The notes under the pieces were generated by a model. It was not told the DNA's origin and ran no database searches. It saw only the letters and a program-made list of their open reading frames with translations. From Methanobacteriaceae archaeon (GTDB lineage: Archaea > Methanobacteriota > Methanobacteria > Methanobacteriales > Methanobacteriaceae): a stretch of 50,130 nucleotides of DNA. Positions 1 to 11,542 of the stretch are shown here, in pieces; the stretch's first letter is position 1; each line of letters opens with the position of its first letter. Where the stretch lies: assembly GCA_003558085.1 (NCBI GenBank), contig PWMT01000053.1, forward strand, positions 1 through 50,130. The letters run 5' to 3'. A program made the position numbers and the translations under genes.

Positions 1-318
1 CATCATTCCTTCTAAACTTACAAAAGCAACGGGTACTGTAAATGTATTTTTAATTATACCCAGTATATCTAAAACTCCTTCCCGCTTAGTATGGTAAGAA
101 TCCACTAATTCAGCAGTCATAGTTATCCCTACTGCATCTATATCAGCTATATGATCACCTATAAGTTCAAGTAAGGATTTACCTAGTTCATGATTCTTCT
201 CCCACATGGGAAGGTAACAATAATCAACCTCTATATTAGATATGTCCCCGTTCTCCTCAAAATCTATAATGGCCAGGTCAGTATGGGCTCCACCTATGTC
301 AAATCCTGCAATTTTCAT
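1..318 (-). CDS. mfnF: Hydantoinase/oxoprolinase-family protein, probable methanofuran biosynthesis enzyme MfnF (5' part only; runs off window edge)
   Basis: Manual translation from ATG at 318: [16 protein letters not shown]..., an ASKHA-type DIGG motif; GGAGA RBS upstream; lies downstream of the mfnD-like gene; absent from ORF track because truncated. Confidence 0.75.
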   Translation of the reverse strand, partial: MKIAGFDIGGAHTDLAIIDFEENGDISNIEVDYCYLPMWEKNHELGKSLLELIGDHIADIDAVGITMTAELVDSYHTKREGVLDILGIIKNTFTVPVAFVSLEGMM

Positions 319-386
319 ACTTTCTCCACATAAATAATTTAGTGTTCATTGGCATCAACTTAAATAATCTAAAATAATTTATGGCC

Positions 387-1424
387 TTAATTTTTTAATT
401 CTTTAATGATTAGATTATGATCATTTTTTTCTAAAATGATTTTACCTTCATATTTTATTTCTAGGGGTAGATTACCATAAACTGATGCTAAAATGGCCTG
501 GCCCAGATTAATTGAAGACAATCTTCTTAAGGCCACATAAGGCGTGGTTAGTCGTGAATTTATTTCCACCACATAAATTTCCTCACCTATTATTAAATCA
601 ACACCTACAAAACCTTTTAAACCTTCCACCGCTTCAACTGCTTTTTTGGCAATTTTTAAAGCTTGGTTAGAATGTTCATGAATCCAGGGTACTTCTGCAC
701 CAGCATATTTCAATTCATTTGCAGAAGATTCTATTTTTTGTAGATTAAGAGTTAAAGGTACTGCTCTTTTACCATCGGTTAATAAACTTACACTACATAC
801 TTCCCCCTGCACAAATTCTTGGAGTAGAACATGAGGCAATGTAGTTTTAATTGATTTAATACTTCTTTTTAAATCCTGCCAGGAGTTAATGATTTTTATT
901 CCCTGACATGACACCCCATCAGCTGGTTTAAGTACCATTTTTTTACCGTTAAATAAAAGTTTATAGAAATTTTGATTTTTGCCCTGTAAAAAATCTTCCC
1001 GATTTATTTTAAAGGTCTTTATAACCGGAAGATTATCTTTGAGAATATTATGAGTTCTGAGTTTATCTGAACAGTTTAAAACAGCATTAGAATTAGAACC
1101 AAAAACTAGAACTTTATTATTTTCCATGATTTTAGTTAATTCATATAATTCCAGATTTTCTTCAGCTGCTATAAAGCAACAGCCATCAAATTTGCTTATA
1201 TTATTTTCTAACCATTCTTTTAAATCTTCCTTTAAAATTACTGGTTGGGCCCCCTTCCATTTTTCTAGATAATTAGGAAGTGAATATTTTTCTGAAATCA
1301 AGTAATATACATCTAAGTCTTGAAAATCTTCAAGCAGACCTTCCAGCATGGCCTTTCCTTCTGCTAAAAGAGATGGATCATTGCAACCAGAAGCAGTTAC
1401 ATATTCAAATACTAGTAACTTCAA
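387..1424 (-). CDS. mfnD: ATP-grasp ligase, probable tyramine--L-glutamate ligase (methanofuran pathway)
   Basis: N-terminus LLVFEY..SG...[12 protein letters not shown]-grasp motifs [32 protein letters not shown]; adjacent to mfnF-like gene. Confidence 0.75.
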   Translation of the reverse strand: MKLLVFEYVTASGCNDPSLLAEGKAMLEGLLEDFQDLDVYYLISEKYSLPNYLEKWKGAQPVILKEDLKEWLENNISKFDGCCFIAAEENLELYELTKIMENNKVLVFGSNSNAVLNCSDKLRTHNILKDNLPVIKTFKINREDFLQGKNQNFYKLLFNGKKMVLKPADGVSCQGIKIINSWQDLKRSIKSIKTTLPHVLLQEFVQGEVCSVSLLTDGKRAVPLTLNLQKIESSANELKYAGAEVPWIHEHSNQALKIAKKAVEAVEGLKGFVGVDLIIGEEIYVVEINSRLTTPYVALRRLSSINLGQAILASVYGNLPLEIKYEGKIILEKNDHNLIIKELKN

Positions 1425-2722
1425 GGCCGTCCCACTCCTTTAAAGATCACTCCCCTTTTTCTAAACTCTGCTGGATCCAATATAGGACGGGTGCAAATAA
1501 AAATAGATTTTTTAATCATTTCCGGAGTAATTTGACGATATGAATCATGATCAGTTATTAAAACCACACAATCTGCCTCTAAGGCCTCCTCCAATTCAAC
1601 TTTAGATCCCCCGATTTGTTTGATAAATCCCTCATCAACCAAAGGATCATGAGCTATTACTCTAGCTCCTTTACTTATCAAGTTTTTAATTAATGGTTCT
1701 GCAGGAGTCTCTCTTGTATCAGCCACGTTACCCTTATAAGAAACTCCCAGAATACCTACGCTTGAGTTATTCAAAGATTTACCATTATCCTGGAGAGTTT
1801 TTTCAATTAAGAACGCTACGTGGTAGGGCATGAAATCATTTATTTCCCGGGCGGTTTTAATTAGTTTAGCAGGCCTGTTACCTTTTTCAGCCATTTCCAC
1901 AATAAAATAAGGATCAATAGAAAGACAATGGCCCCCTACTCCAGGTCCGGGAGCATGTAGGTTCACTCGAGGGTGAAAATTAGCAGCTTTTATGGCTTGT
2001 ACTGCATCAATACCTAATGATTCACATATTAAAGCAAGTTCATTGGCCAGAGCAATATTGGTATCACGGTAAGTATTCTCCATTAATTTTACCATTTCCG
2101 CTGTTACTAAATTGTCAACAATAACCACTTCACCATGGGTAATTTTTTTATAAAGTGCTGCTGCTTTATTCGCGCTTTCCTCATCCACACCACCAATTAC
2201 ACGGGCATTATGGGTCATTTCATATAAAGTATTATGGGGTAAAGCCCTTTCTGGAGTATAAGCCACCCCAAAATCATGGGATGCCTCTAGCCCGCTTTTT
2301 TCCAGTATAGGGATAATAATTTTTTCACAAGTATGTGGAGGCACTGTACTCTCAATTATCACCAAATCATCTTTATTTAGGGCTTTAGTTATAGTTTCAC
2401 TAGCAGATATCACTGCGGAAAGATCGGAGCAATGATTATCATCGATAGGTGTGGGAACCAGTATGATCATTACATTAGAATTTTTTAATGATTTTGAAAT
2501 ATTATTTTCTGCTCTTAAATATCCTTTTTCCACTACTTTTTGTACTAATTCATCCAGACCAGGTTCCATAATCGGTGAACGTCCTGCATTAACAATGTCT
2601 ACAATATCCGGATTAATATCTATACCCACTACTTCAAAACCATTTTTAGCAAATAATGCAGCGGTAGGTAATCCCATATGACCTAAACCAAGCAAGGCAA
2701 TTTTTATTTTTTCAGCAGTCAT
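1421..2722 (-). CDS. wecC: UDP-N-acetyl-D-mannosamine dehydrogenase-like nucleotide-sugar dehydrogenase
   Basis: GLGHMGLP Rossmann motif, [32 protein letters not shown] catalytic motif, [10 protein letters not shown]. Confidence 0.85.
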   Translation of the reverse strand: MTAEKIKIALLGLGHMGLPTAALFAKNGFEVVGIDINPDIVDIVNAGRSPIMEPGLDELVQKVVEKGYLRAENNISKSLKNSNVMIILVPTPIDDNHCSDLSAVISASETITKALNKDDLVIIESTVPPHTCEKIIIPILEKSGLEASHDFGVAYTPERALPHNTLYEMTHNARVIGGVDEESANKAAALYKKITHGEVVIVDNLVTAEMVKLMENTYRDTNIALANELALICESLGIDAVQAIKAANFHPRVNLHAPGPGVGGHCLSIDPYFIVEMAEKGNRPAKLIKTAREINDFMPYHVAFLIEKTLQDNGKSLNNSSVGILGVSYKGNVADTRETPAEPLIKNLISKGARVIAHDPLVDEGFIKQIGGSKVELEEALEADCVVLITDHDSYRQITPEMIKKSIFICTRPILDPAEFRKRGVIFKGVGRP

Positions 2723-2761
2723 ATTTCTTCCTAAATTTTTATCTTTTATGGTCGAATAAGC

Positions 2762-4072
2762 CTAAGCATAGTCATCGTATAGTATAGAACTATTTTTTAA
2801 ATTTAGATTAGGATGGGGAAATTGAACTCCCTTCACATCATAAACTATTCTAATTAGAACATTATTCAGCTTTTCATAATCTGAAACTTTTATATCCTCC
2901 TTAATGAGTTTTATTTTTGTTTGGAAGGAGTCCATAATATCATCAGGAGTTCTAAGCATTAAATTACCTGAATTTAATTCCTTTAAAGTATAATCCACTA
3001 ATTTTTCAGCTGAGTTTCCATCTCCATAGGGATTGGACACTTTTTGCATCTTTTGGTGGATATACATATCTGAACTAATTAGTTTAGCATTTTTAACTAT
3101 CTTATCTTTATCAGCACCTACTAAAATATTTCCACCAGCAGAAACTGTTTCTGGTCGTTCAGTATTATACCTTAAAGTCAGGCAGGGAACTTTTAAGGTG
3201 ATGGCTTCTTCTTGGATCCCACCAGAATCAGTCATTATCAGATGAGACTGGCTCAATAAGCAAAGGAAATCCAGATATCCTAATGGTTTTATAAGTTTTA
3301 TATGATCTTTATTCATTATCTGAGAATATAGATTATGTTTTTTTAGATTTTTTAAAGTACGAGGATGGATAGAAAAAACAATGTTAAAATCATCAAGTTC
3401 CTGCAGAGCTTGAATAATCTGGGAGAGTCTTTCTGGATTATCCACATTTTCAGCCCGATGCATGGTGAGGGTGAGTAATTTTTTGGGGGAATCACTTATC
3501 AAATGGGATATGTTCGATTTTTTTTCTGCGATTTTTAAATTCCGTAGACAGGCATCCACTATAGTGTTACCAGTTATGAATATATGTTTAGGGTTTATTC
3601 CCTCTAAGAGAAGATTAATAGCAGATTTTTCCGTGGGAGCATAATATATTTGTGTGCATACATCAGCTACCATCCGGTTTATTTCCTCGGGCATGCTTTT
3701 ATCAAAAGAGCGCAAACCAGCTTCCACATGACCCACCGGAATATGTAACTTGGATGAAGTTATAGAACCAGCCAAAACTGCATTTGTATCACCCTGAACC
3801 ATTACTAAATCTGGTTTTTCATTTATTAATACTTTTTCAATGCCTTTCATCATATTTGAAGTTTGATGGGCATGAGATCCAGATCCCACACCAATATTAT
3901 AGTGGGGTTCCGGTAATTCAAGATCTAAAAAGAATTGATTTGACATTTCAAAATCATAATGCTGGCCGGTATGTATTATAATGAAATCTATATCCCGTTT
4001 TATTATTTCATCGATAACTGGAGCCATTTTAATAATTTCTGGCCTAGTTCCAATAATGATAGCGATTTTCAT
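2762..4072 (-). CDS. wecB: UDP-N-acetylglucosamine 2-epimerase (non-hydrolysing) with C-terminal extension
   Basis: [62 protein letters not shown]. Confidence 0.93.
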   Translation of the reverse strand: MKIAIIIGTRPEIIKMAPVIDEIIKRDIDFIIIHTGQHYDFEMSNQFFLDLELPEPHYNIGVGSGSHAHQTSNMMKGIEKVLINEKPDLVMVQGDTNAVLAGSITSSKLHIPVGHVEAGLRSFDKSMPEEINRMVADVCTQIYYAPTEKSAINLLLEGINPKHIFITGNTIVDACLRNLKIAEKKSNISHLISDSPKKLLTLTMHRAENVDNPERLSQIIQALQELDDFNIVFSIHPRTLKNLKKHNLYSQIMNKDHIKLIKPLGYLDFLCLLSQSHLIMTDSGGIQEEAITLKVPCLTLRYNTERPETVSAGGNILVGADKDKIVKNAKLISSDMYIHQKMQKVSNPYGDGNSAEKLVDYTLKELNSGNLMLRTPDDIMDSFQTKIKLIKEDIKVSDYEKLNNVLIRIVYDVKGVQFPHPNLNLKNSSILYDDYA

Positions 4073-4131
4073 GACAATCAGCTTACTAAATAATCTTAAA
4101 TAATTAGAATGGAAAATAATAGAAAGAATTT

Positions 4132-5643
4132 TTAATCGGAAGGTTTTCTTTTCCTTTTAGCACGATACTCATCAATGACCGTTAACAATATTTTTTCTTT
4201 CTCTTTTGTTCTTTGCTCTTTTATTTTTCTATTCCACTTTTCAATTTCATTTTTTAAAGTTTCATCTTTGACTATGGCAAACTCATCAACCAGTTTAAGC
4301 TCCAATTTATCAGCATTGATTATAGGAATATTTTCCCGCTCAAAAACTTCTCTGGCAGGATGGGACATTTTAGCAAAAGTGATAACAGCTTTGAGGCCAA
4401 TATCGGCTAGTAAAGCTGCCGTAGAAGAACCTCCACCTTTAGAACTGGTAAGTAATACGATATCTCTTTTTTTTATTTTCCAGTAATCACTAGCTTCTTT
4501 GATGCCCTCTTTAGTAAAAGACTTTACGATTTTAACTGGTAGGGAGTTTTTGGATATCTCCATGTCTTTGATTTTTTGCAAGGACTGTAGATTTTCTTCC
4601 AGTTTTCTTCTACGTGTCTTTTCTCGATTATATTGGTTAATTAATTTTTTGATTAGTTCTACCTTAGAAGAGAGCTCCTTTTTTAATAGAATATCTTTGG
4701 AGTATTCATAGTGTAATTTTTCCATTTTCGATTTAATTTTCGATAGTTCATTCTGGTTTTTTTTGATTTGACTTCTTGAAGTTTTATTTTCATCCTTTAA
4801 AGTTTTAATGATTTCTTCCTGTTTTTTAATTTGCTTTTCCTGAGCCTTTATTCTCTTTTTCAATCTTATAATTATTTCAGAATCCCCATTTTCTTCAGAT
4901 TTTCGAATGGCTGATGAAGAAGATAGAAAACTCTTCTTTTCTAAAGAATTTACTATATTTTTATTTTTTATCCTTTCCCCATAATCTAAATCCTCTTTTT
5001 GAACTTTTTTTTCTTCTTCTAAGATATTTAAATCATCAATATCCTTTAAAACTCGATTAATAGCTTTGGAAATGGGAGTTCCCATGATAACCATACTCTT
5101 AATATGATCCATTTTTTCTTGAGGTAAATCAAGGCCCCTGGTTTTCTTTTCAATCTGCTCTAATTTTTTTTCATAATGTTTATAGGTTTTTATAGCAGCA
5201 GCCAACGCATCCCTTTCATGTGCATTTTCTATTAAAATTTCTGAAGAATTTAATTGAATGAAAGAATCAACCAGTTCCTTTTTAGATTCCACAGTCAATA
5301 ACTTAGAAGGCGAATAAATTTTAGAATTTAAGGCTGTAGCTAATTTTTTTACTGATTTTGGTGTAGGATATACGTCGCTGGCAATAATAATGGCCTTGCC
5401 ATAGGTTATAATATAGTTTATTACCTCTGCTCTCGAAATTTCCTTAAAACTAGCCAGGGAAATTATATTACCAGATAGATCCAATATGGCAATGCCTACA
5501 GTTACACCGGGATCGAAACCCACTATAATCCATGGATTATTTTTATAAGAAGGATTTAATGATGCGTTATAGTTAGATTCTAGCGAATTATCTGAATTTT
5601 TAACCTGATTAAAACTGATAACCTTTTTTTGGTTTAAATTCAT
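4132..5643 (-). CDS. DUF460 family protein (RNase H/RuvC-like N-terminal domain plus long coiled coil)
   Basis: [29 protein letters not shown], long K/E-rich coiled coil, SKGGGSSTA; start may be a CTG at 5670 (see findings). Confidence 0.8.
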   Translation of the reverse strand: MNLNQKKVISFNQVKNSDNSLESNYNASLNPSYKNNPWIIVGFDPGVTVGIAILDLSGNIISLASFKEISRAEVINYIITYGKAIIIASDVYPTPKSVKKLATALNSKIYSPSKLLTVESKKELVDSFIQLNSSEILIENAHERDALAAAIKTYKHYEKKLEQIEKKTRGLDLPQEKMDHIKSMVIMGTPISKAINRVLKDIDDLNILEEEKKVQKEDLDYGERIKNKNIVNSLEKKSFLSSSSAIRKSEENGDSEIIIRLKKRIKAQEKQIKKQEEIIKTLKDENKTSRSQIKKNQNELSKIKSKMEKLHYEYSKDILLKKELSSKVELIKKLINQYNREKTRRRKLEENLQSLQKIKDMEISKNSLPVKIVKSFTKEGIKEASDYWKIKKRDIVLLTSSKGGGSSTAALLADIGLKAVITFAKMSHPAREVFERENIPIINADKLELKLVDEFAIVKDETLKNEIEKWNRKIKEQRTKEKEKILLTVIDEYRAKRKRKPSD

Positions 5644-5944
5644 TTTATGATCATTATTATGGTAAAGCAGTTAATTTCCTCCATGATGTAAAGCTAAACA
5701 GCTTTTAAGATAAATATTTCCTATTAAATAAATGGGTTAAAATATTATTTATGATTTTTCCATGAGTATGGAAGATATTGTTTTTAAATTATTAAAAATT
5801 TAAATAAAAATTATCCTTTTAACCATTTTAATCTATTATGATCTAGTTCTACGGTCTATCAATATCTTAAGGGATTATTTTTTACTTTAACTGAAATAAT
5901 AGTAATAACTCTAATTTAAATGATTCTCTTAACAGATTAAAGTT

Positions 5945-6754
5945 TTAAATAATTTTTTCCATAGATTGGAGCATATTCTTTTTTACTATGGATTGAGAGA
6001 ATTGTTTTTGGAACTCATCAAATATAGTGGAAATGAATTGTTCTACTGCATATTTATCATATTTAAAATTAAGGTTATCATATTCCACTTCCCTTAAAAT
6101 TAAGCATTCAGCAGGCATAGGTTTAATATTCTGTGGGATCTCAGGATTGAAAAATTCTGGTATATGTTCTGGTTTTAAATCTCCTTTACCACAATCGTAC
6201 AGTACCCTTATAATCTTGCGAACCATCTTCCACAAGAAACTTTCTCCCACTATATCAAAAATAATTAGGTTACCCTGTTTAAATATATCTATACTTTCCA
6301 CCGTTCTAATAGGATCTCTTTCACTTTTTTTGGAGAAATTAAGGAAATTATGAGTACCTTGTAAATGTTTAGAAGCCTTTTGCATGTTTTCCACATCCAT
6401 GCCCAAAAAATCTATTAATATGTAGCGATAATATCTTTTAAGTGCATTTCGAGGCCTGAAATTAGAACTTACAGGTGCTTTAGCAATTATTTGAATTTCA
6501 GGAGGTAGATCCTGATTTATTTGATTTATTCTAATTTCACTTTCAGTTTTAAAGGCCACCACATTACCCAAGGAATGCACACCTTTATCAGTCCTTCCAG
6601 CTGCCGAGAAATCAGACTGAGAGGGGTCTTCCATAATACCCTTTTTCTTTAAAGCTTTTATTAACTCTCCTTCAACTGTAATCACATTTAATTGTCTTTG
6701 AAAACCGCTAAAATTTGTTCCTATATAGGCAATTTTCAAGGCTACTTTTTTCAT
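5945..6754 (-). CDS. truA: tRNA pseudouridine(38-40) synthase
   Basis: KIAYIGTNFSGFQRQ, TVEGEL, AGRTDKGVH catalytic Asp motif, SFLWKMVRKI. Confidence 0.95.
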   Translation of the reverse strand: MKKVALKIAYIGTNFSGFQRQLNVITVEGELIKALKKKGIMEDPSQSDFSAAGRTDKGVHSLGNVVAFKTESEIRINQINQDLPPEIQIIAKAPVSSNFRPRNALKRYYRYILIDFLGMDVENMQKASKHLQGTHNFLNFSKKSERDPIRTVESIDIFKQGNLIIFDIVGESFLWKMVRKIIRVLYDCGKGDLKPEHIPEFFNPEIPQNIKPMPAECLILREVEYDNLNFKYDKYAVEQFISTIFDEFQKQFSQSIVKKNMLQSMEKII

Positions 6755-6827
6755 TTCAAACCTCTCAAAATAAGGATTATAGAACTAGTTTTCTCATTTC
6801 AAACCTCTTAAAAATAAGAGTTATAGA
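6751..6827. repeat. Imperfect direct duplication (33-34 bp copies, 43 bp apart) of the truA RBS/start region
   Basis: tcatttcaaacctctcaaaataaggattataga (6751-6783) vs tcatttcaaacctcttaaaaataagagttataga (6794-6827). Confidence 0.85.
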
Positions 6828-6949
6828 AAATTTTTAAGCATTAGATATTTAAACTTAATCTCAGCATAATATTTTACTCTTTAGAATAATTATTTTCGAT
6901 TATTATATTAATAATATAAATGAACCTTAACAATGATCAGGGATTAAAA

Positions 6950-7897
6950 ATGAATAGAATTTTGGGATATTTAAGCGCAATTCTAGCCATGATGTTTTTC
7001 GGAGTTTCCAGTCCTATAAACAAGATAATGTTATTCCAAATGAATCCTATAGTAATTGCTGCATTAACTTACATCATAGCAGGTATGCTTCTATTTACAG
7101 TCCGTTTATCGCCTTTAAAAGAGAAATTATTGGATATGATTAATCTTAACTTGAAATCGGAAGTTTATATAACTAAAAAAGATTATCTTATCATTATAAT
7201 TACTGCTATAGCCAGTTCAGTTATTGCGCCCTTATCATTCTTATATGGTTTGCGATTGATCACCGCAGTTGATGCCTCACTTTTAATCAATACTCAAGTA
7301 TTATTTATTATTTTAATGAGTTATATCATATTTAAAGATGTATTAAGGAACAAGGACTTTATAGGTATTTTATTAATTGTTATAGGAGCCATATTTCTAA
7401 CCACTAAAGGTGAATTTGGAGAGTTATTTGTGGATCAGAACATCTTGGGTAGTTTATTAATAATAAGTGCCTCTTTCTTTTGGAGTTTGGACACTGTATT
7501 AAGTAAATTTTTAAGTAATAAAAGAGATTTAATTTTAATATCTGGACTAAAAAGCTCAATAGGTGGCATCATACTCTTTATAATCCTATTAATTTTCAGT
7601 ATCGAAGTGATAGTACCCTCCAACCTTTTACCCCACCTATTATTTACTGCTTTTTTCAGTGTAGGTATGGCCTTTATTTTTATATACTTAGCACTACGAG
7701 AAATCGGTTCCAGTAAAGTAGGCGCCATTTTTCCATTAGCAGCTCTTTTTGGGGCTTTTTCAGCTTTTATAATATTAAATGAGCCTTTTACAATATTAGA
7801 AATCGTATTTGGTACTTTAATGATTATAGGAGTTTATATTCTCTACTGGAATCCCTCAGAAAAGTTCAAAATCAAAAATATAATTGATAAAATCTGA
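6950..7897 (+). CDS. DMT/EamA family transporter
   Basis: About 10 hydrophobic segments, two EamA-type halves (LYGLRLITAVDASLL; ALREIGSSKVG...ILNEP); start either 6920 or 6950. Confidence 0.85.
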   Translation: MNRILGYLSAILAMMFFGVSSPINKIMLFQMNPIVIAALTYIIAGMLLFTVRLSPLKEKLLDMINLNLKSEVYITKKDYLIIIITAIASSVIAPLSFLYGLRLITAVDASLLINTQVLFIILMSYIIFKDVLRNKDFIGILLIVIGAIFLTTKGEFGELFVDQNILGSLLIISASFFWSLDTVLSKFLSNKRDLILISGLKSSIGGIILFIILLIFSIEVIVPSNLLPHLLFTAFFSVGMAFIFIYLALREIGSSKVGAIFPLAALFGAFSAFIILNEPFTILEIVFGTLMIIGVYILYWNPSEKFKIKNIIDKI

Positions 7898-8048
7898 ATA
7901 AATAATGAAGATTAGTCAGCAAAAACTTCAAAAAAAAAAAGATCCAAGAAAAATAAAATAAGAAAGATGAATTTACGCAATATAAAAAAAAATGCAACAC
8001 ATATAAAATTTTAAACAGATTTATTCCCTGGATTAAATAGGTGTAAAC

Positions 8049-8792
8049 ATGTCATTTTTAGCCAATAAAATGTTAGTCATACCCGCTGTAGATATTAAAA
8101 ATGGTAAATGCGTACAATTAGTGCAAGGAAAACCAGGAACGGAACAAGTAATCATTGATAATCCAGAAAAAGTAGCCCTAAACTGGGAAGAACAAGGAGC
8201 CAGTATAATCCATGTTATTGATCTGGATGCTGCCTTAGGTGAACAAGGCAATATAAATATAATTAAAAAAATTCAAGAAGAAGTTTCAGTGCCTATCCAA
8301 TTAGGTGGAGGTATTCGTAGTCTAGATTACGCTGAAAAATTACTAGACTTAGGAATTGAAAGATTGATTTTAGGTACCCTGGCCATTGAAAATCCTCAAA
8401 TTATTGAGAATTTATCTAAAGAATATGGAAAAGATCGTATTATGGTAGCCCTAGACAGTAAAGATTCTATGGTTGTTATAAAAGGCTGGAGCGAAAAAAC
8501 TAGCTATAATGCTTCAGAATTGGGAAAAATATTAGAATCTAAAGGATCTGGTAGTATATTATTTACTAATGTGGATGTAGAGGGACTTTTAAAAGGTTTT
8601 GATACGAAACCCCTGTTTAAATTATTAGAAGCTGTGCAAATACCAGTAGTATATTCCGGGGGTATAAGTTCCCTGGAGGATCTTCGATTATTAAAAAATA
8701 CTGGGGTTAACGGTGTAGTGATTGGGTCGGCTCTCTATAAAGGAAAGATTGATTTTAAAAAAGCACTTCAATATCAGAATAATAGCCATTAA
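8049..8792 (+). CDS. hisA: Phosphoribosylformimino-5-aminoimidazole carboxamide ribotide isomerase
   Basis: [48 protein letters not shown]. Confidence 0.95.
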   Translation: MSFLANKMLVIPAVDIKNGKCVQLVQGKPGTEQVIIDNPEKVALNWEEQGASIIHVIDLDAALGEQGNINIIKKIQEEVSVPIQLGGGIRSLDYAEKLLDLGIERLILGTLAIENPQIIENLSKEYGKDRIMVALDSKDSMVVIKGWSEKTSYNASELGKILESKGSGSILFTNVDVEGLLKGFDTKPLFKLLEAVQIPVVYSGGISSLEDLRLLKNTGVNGVVIGSALYKGKIDFKKALQYQNNSH

Positions 8793-8871
8793 AAAAATTA
8801 TTTAATTTTAAATGATAATTAAAAGAGATAGTCCATTATTAAAGAGAACTAGTAGGATAAAGGTGAACAAT

Positions 8872-9333
8872 ATGAAAACTGTGATGGCAACAGGTACCTT
8901 TGATATTATACATCCCGGCCATGGTTTATATCTAAAAGAAGCCAAAAAAATGGGTGGTGAAAACGTAAAACTAGTAGTGGTTTTGGCTAGAGATTCAACT
9001 GTACGCTCAAAAAAAAGAGTGCCTATAATAAACGAAAATCAACGATTAGAAGTGGTTAAAATGTTAAAAACAGTTGATGAAGCATATTTAGGTAGCAAGA
9101 CCGATATGTTTAAAATAGTAGAAAAAATTAGACCAGATATTATCGCTATTGGTCCTGATCAGAAGTTCGATATTGCTGATTTAGAAAAATCCTTGCAAAA
9201 AAGAGGTCTTGAAGGTGAAGTTAGAAGAGTAAACCGCTATAGAAAGGCTCCTTTGGATAGTTCCTGTAAAATTATAAAAAGGATAAGAGATATTGAATTT
9301 GATGAAAATAGTCTCGAACAGTGTTTATTATAG
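8872..9333 (+). CDS. ribL: Archaeal FAD synthase (FMN adenylyltransferase)
   Basis: [13 protein letters not shown] nucleotidyltransferase motif, [31 protein letters not shown] precedes ATG 8872. Confidence 0.85.
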   Translation: MKTVMATGTFDIIHPGHGLYLKEAKKMGGENVKLVVVLARDSTVRSKKRVPIINENQRLEVVKMLKTVDEAYLGSKTDMFKIVEKIRPDIIAIGPDQKFDIADLEKSLQKRGLEGEVRRVNRYRKAPLDSSCKIIKRIRDIEFDENSLEQCLL

Positions 9334-9440
9334 CATGGGCAGTTATGGCTAAATTTAATTTTACATTACAAGATAAAATTGTATAAACATTAACATATCA
9401 ATTAAGAATTTGATCTAATCATTAAATTAAAACTAATATT

Positions 9441-9574
9441 AAACTAAAATACATAATTGAAATCAATATCAAATTATAAAATAAAAACTAAAATACAAAT
9501 TGAAATCAATATCAAATTATAAAATAAAAACTAAAATACAAATTGAAATCAATATCAAATTATAAATTAAAACT
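9441..9574. repeat. Tandem repeat, 3 copies of a ~43-bp AT-rich unit
   Basis: Unit aaactaaaatacaaattgaaatcaatatcaaattataaaataa starting at 9441, 9485 and 9528, near-identical, no unique spacers. Confidence 0.92.
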
Positions 9575-9701
9575 TATATGAATATAAGATTGGTAATTAA
9601 GTTTTAAAAGAATTTAAATGGGGCCATTTTAGGAAAAAAATCGTTTATTAAGATTTATTTCCAGAAAATAGTTATGATAGCCCTATAATCTTGGTGAGAA
9701 A

Positions 9702-10712
9702 ATGATAAAAGTAGGTATAGTTGGTGCCAGTGGTTACACCGGAGGAGAATTACTCCGATTTTTAGAACAACATTCCCAAGTAGAAATTGTAGCTGCTACT
9801 TCTCGTCAATACCATGATACCCCTATCAAAAAAGTACATCCAAACCTAAGAGATAGTAAATTAGTATTTAAAGATGTAAAAGCAGGGGATATTGACGCAG
9901 ATCTGGTATTTACAGCCACTCCCCATGGAGCATCCATGAAACTAGTACCAGAGATTCTAGAAACCGGAGCCCGTGTAATTGATTTAAGTGGAGATTATCG
10001 GCTGGATGAAGTAAGTGTATATGAAAAATGGTATGGATTTACCCATGAAAGTCCTTTAGATGCAGTATACGGATTGCCTGAAATTTATCGGGAAGATATT
10101 AAAAAGGCTAAACTAGTGGCCAACCCAGGCTGCTTCCCTACGGGAGCTTTAATAGGAACTATACCTCTTGCTAAGGAAGGATTAGTGGATAATTTTATAA
10201 TAGATTCTAAAACAGGTGCTAGTGGTGCTGGAATAAATCCCAGTCCCATAACTCATTATCCACATTGTAGTGATAATGTAACTCCCTATGCCATTATCAA
10301 TCATCGCCATGTACCTGAAATGGAACAGGAATTAAATAAATTGGCACCGGTGAAGGTATGTTTCACCCCCCATCTAGTTCCAGTTACCAGAGGAATTTTA
10401 AGCACGATACATACCTTTTTAAAGGAAGATATATCTAGTGCACAATTAGAATCAATCTATGAGGAATATTTCTCTGGAGAGCCTTTTGTTAGAATATTAG
10501 AAGATGGAGAAATACCTGCTTTAAGTGCAGTACGGGGATCCAATTATGCTCATGTAGGCTGTTTCCAAATTGATCAACATGGAAGGGCAGTGATAATATC
10601 GGCCATAGATAATCTGGTAAAAGGTGCTTCAGGACTGGCCGTACAAAACATGAATTTAATGTACGGATTTGATGAGAAAGATTCTTTAGATAACTATGGA
10701 GTATATCCTTAA
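9702..10712 (+). CDS. argC: N-acetyl-gamma-glutamyl-phosphate reductase
   Basis: [55 protein letters not shown]. Confidence 0.96.
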   Translation: MIKVGIVGASGYTGGELLRFLEQHSQVEIVAATSRQYHDTPIKKVHPNLRDSKLVFKDVKAGDIDADLVFTATPHGASMKLVPEILETGARVIDLSGDYRLDEVSVYEKWYGFTHESPLDAVYGLPEIYREDIKKAKLVANPGCFPTGALIGTIPLAKEGLVDNFIIDSKTGASGAGINPSPITHYPHCSDNVTPYAIINHRHVPEMEQELNKLAPVKVCFTPHLVPVTRGILSTIHTFLKEDISSAQLESIYEEYFSGEPFVRILEDGEIPALSAVRGSNYAHVGCFQIDQHGRAVIISAIDNLVKGASGLAVQNMNLMYGFDEKDSLDNYGVYP

Positions 10713-10966
10713 TTAAGATTCAGATTTCTATAATTGTAATGCTAAAATAAAGCCCCTAATAATAAAAAAACTGCCAATTTTTTTATATATTTTTAGTAAA
10801 AATTAGGATAAATAGTAGTAACTAATGACTTTAACTCACCGAATCAAATAAGTATATCTATGATGAAAATTTAAAAATTTAGAATAACACACAATAAAAT
10901 TTTATTTATTCTTTTTACTGGTAAAATGACATGTTTTATACTATTATTTAAGGATAGGTGCTATAA

Positions 10967-11464
10967 ATGAAAACTTTAGTCTTGTATTATTCCCAAACTA
11001 GAAAAACTGCTTCTGTAGCTGAAACTATTTCTCAGGAACTTTCAGCTGATACAGTGGAAATAAAAGATTTAAAAGAACGTTCTGGTTTTTTTAATTCCTT
11101 AAAATCCACTATTGACGCATTTAGGGAAAATAAAACAAAAATAAATCCTGAAAATGTAGATCTTAGCGATTATGGCCTAATTTATATCGGTACTCCTACC
11201 TGGGGCGGGAAACCAGCACCTGCCATAATAACTTTAATTGATCGATGTAATTTCCAGGGTAAAGATGTGATACTATTTACCACTATGGGAGGAAAAGGTG
11301 GAAATACTACCATAAAAAGAATGAAAGAAAAATTAGAAGCTAGAGGTGCTAGAATAGTTAATTTTTTTATTATAAGAACTGGTGGAAAAGAAATAATTGA
11401 AATTAAAGAGGATACTAGGAAAATAATTGAAGAATTAGATCTTAAAATATATGAATATACATAA
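10967..11464 (+). CDS. Flavodoxin family protein
   Basis: YYSQTRKTASVA FMN loop (variant of SxTGNT), IGTPTWGG, FTTMGG. Confidence 0.85.
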   Translation: MKTLVLYYSQTRKTASVAETISQELSADTVEIKDLKERSGFFNSLKSTIDAFRENKTKINPENVDLSDYGLIYIGTPTWGGKPAPAIITLIDRCNFQGKDVILFTTMGGKGGNTTIKRMKEKLEARGARIVNFFIIRTGGKEIIEIKEDTRKIIEELDLKIYEYT

Positions 11465-11542
11465 AACTTATTTACCCCAAGAGATTAACCATAGAAAACA
11501 AGTAAGCTCGCCCTCAAAATGGAATCTCATACTGGTGATTGA

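Noticed and set aside
4132..5643. TnpB/Cas12-like or transposase RuvC nuclease
   Set aside because: Acidic DPG motif is N-terminal and followed by a coiled coil as in DUF460; no Zn finger, IS ends or target duplication seen
9441..9574. CRISPR array (units contain ATTGAAAT, like archaeal CRISPR repeat ends)
   Set aside because: Units are contiguous and near-identical with no unique spacers; no cas genes in the window
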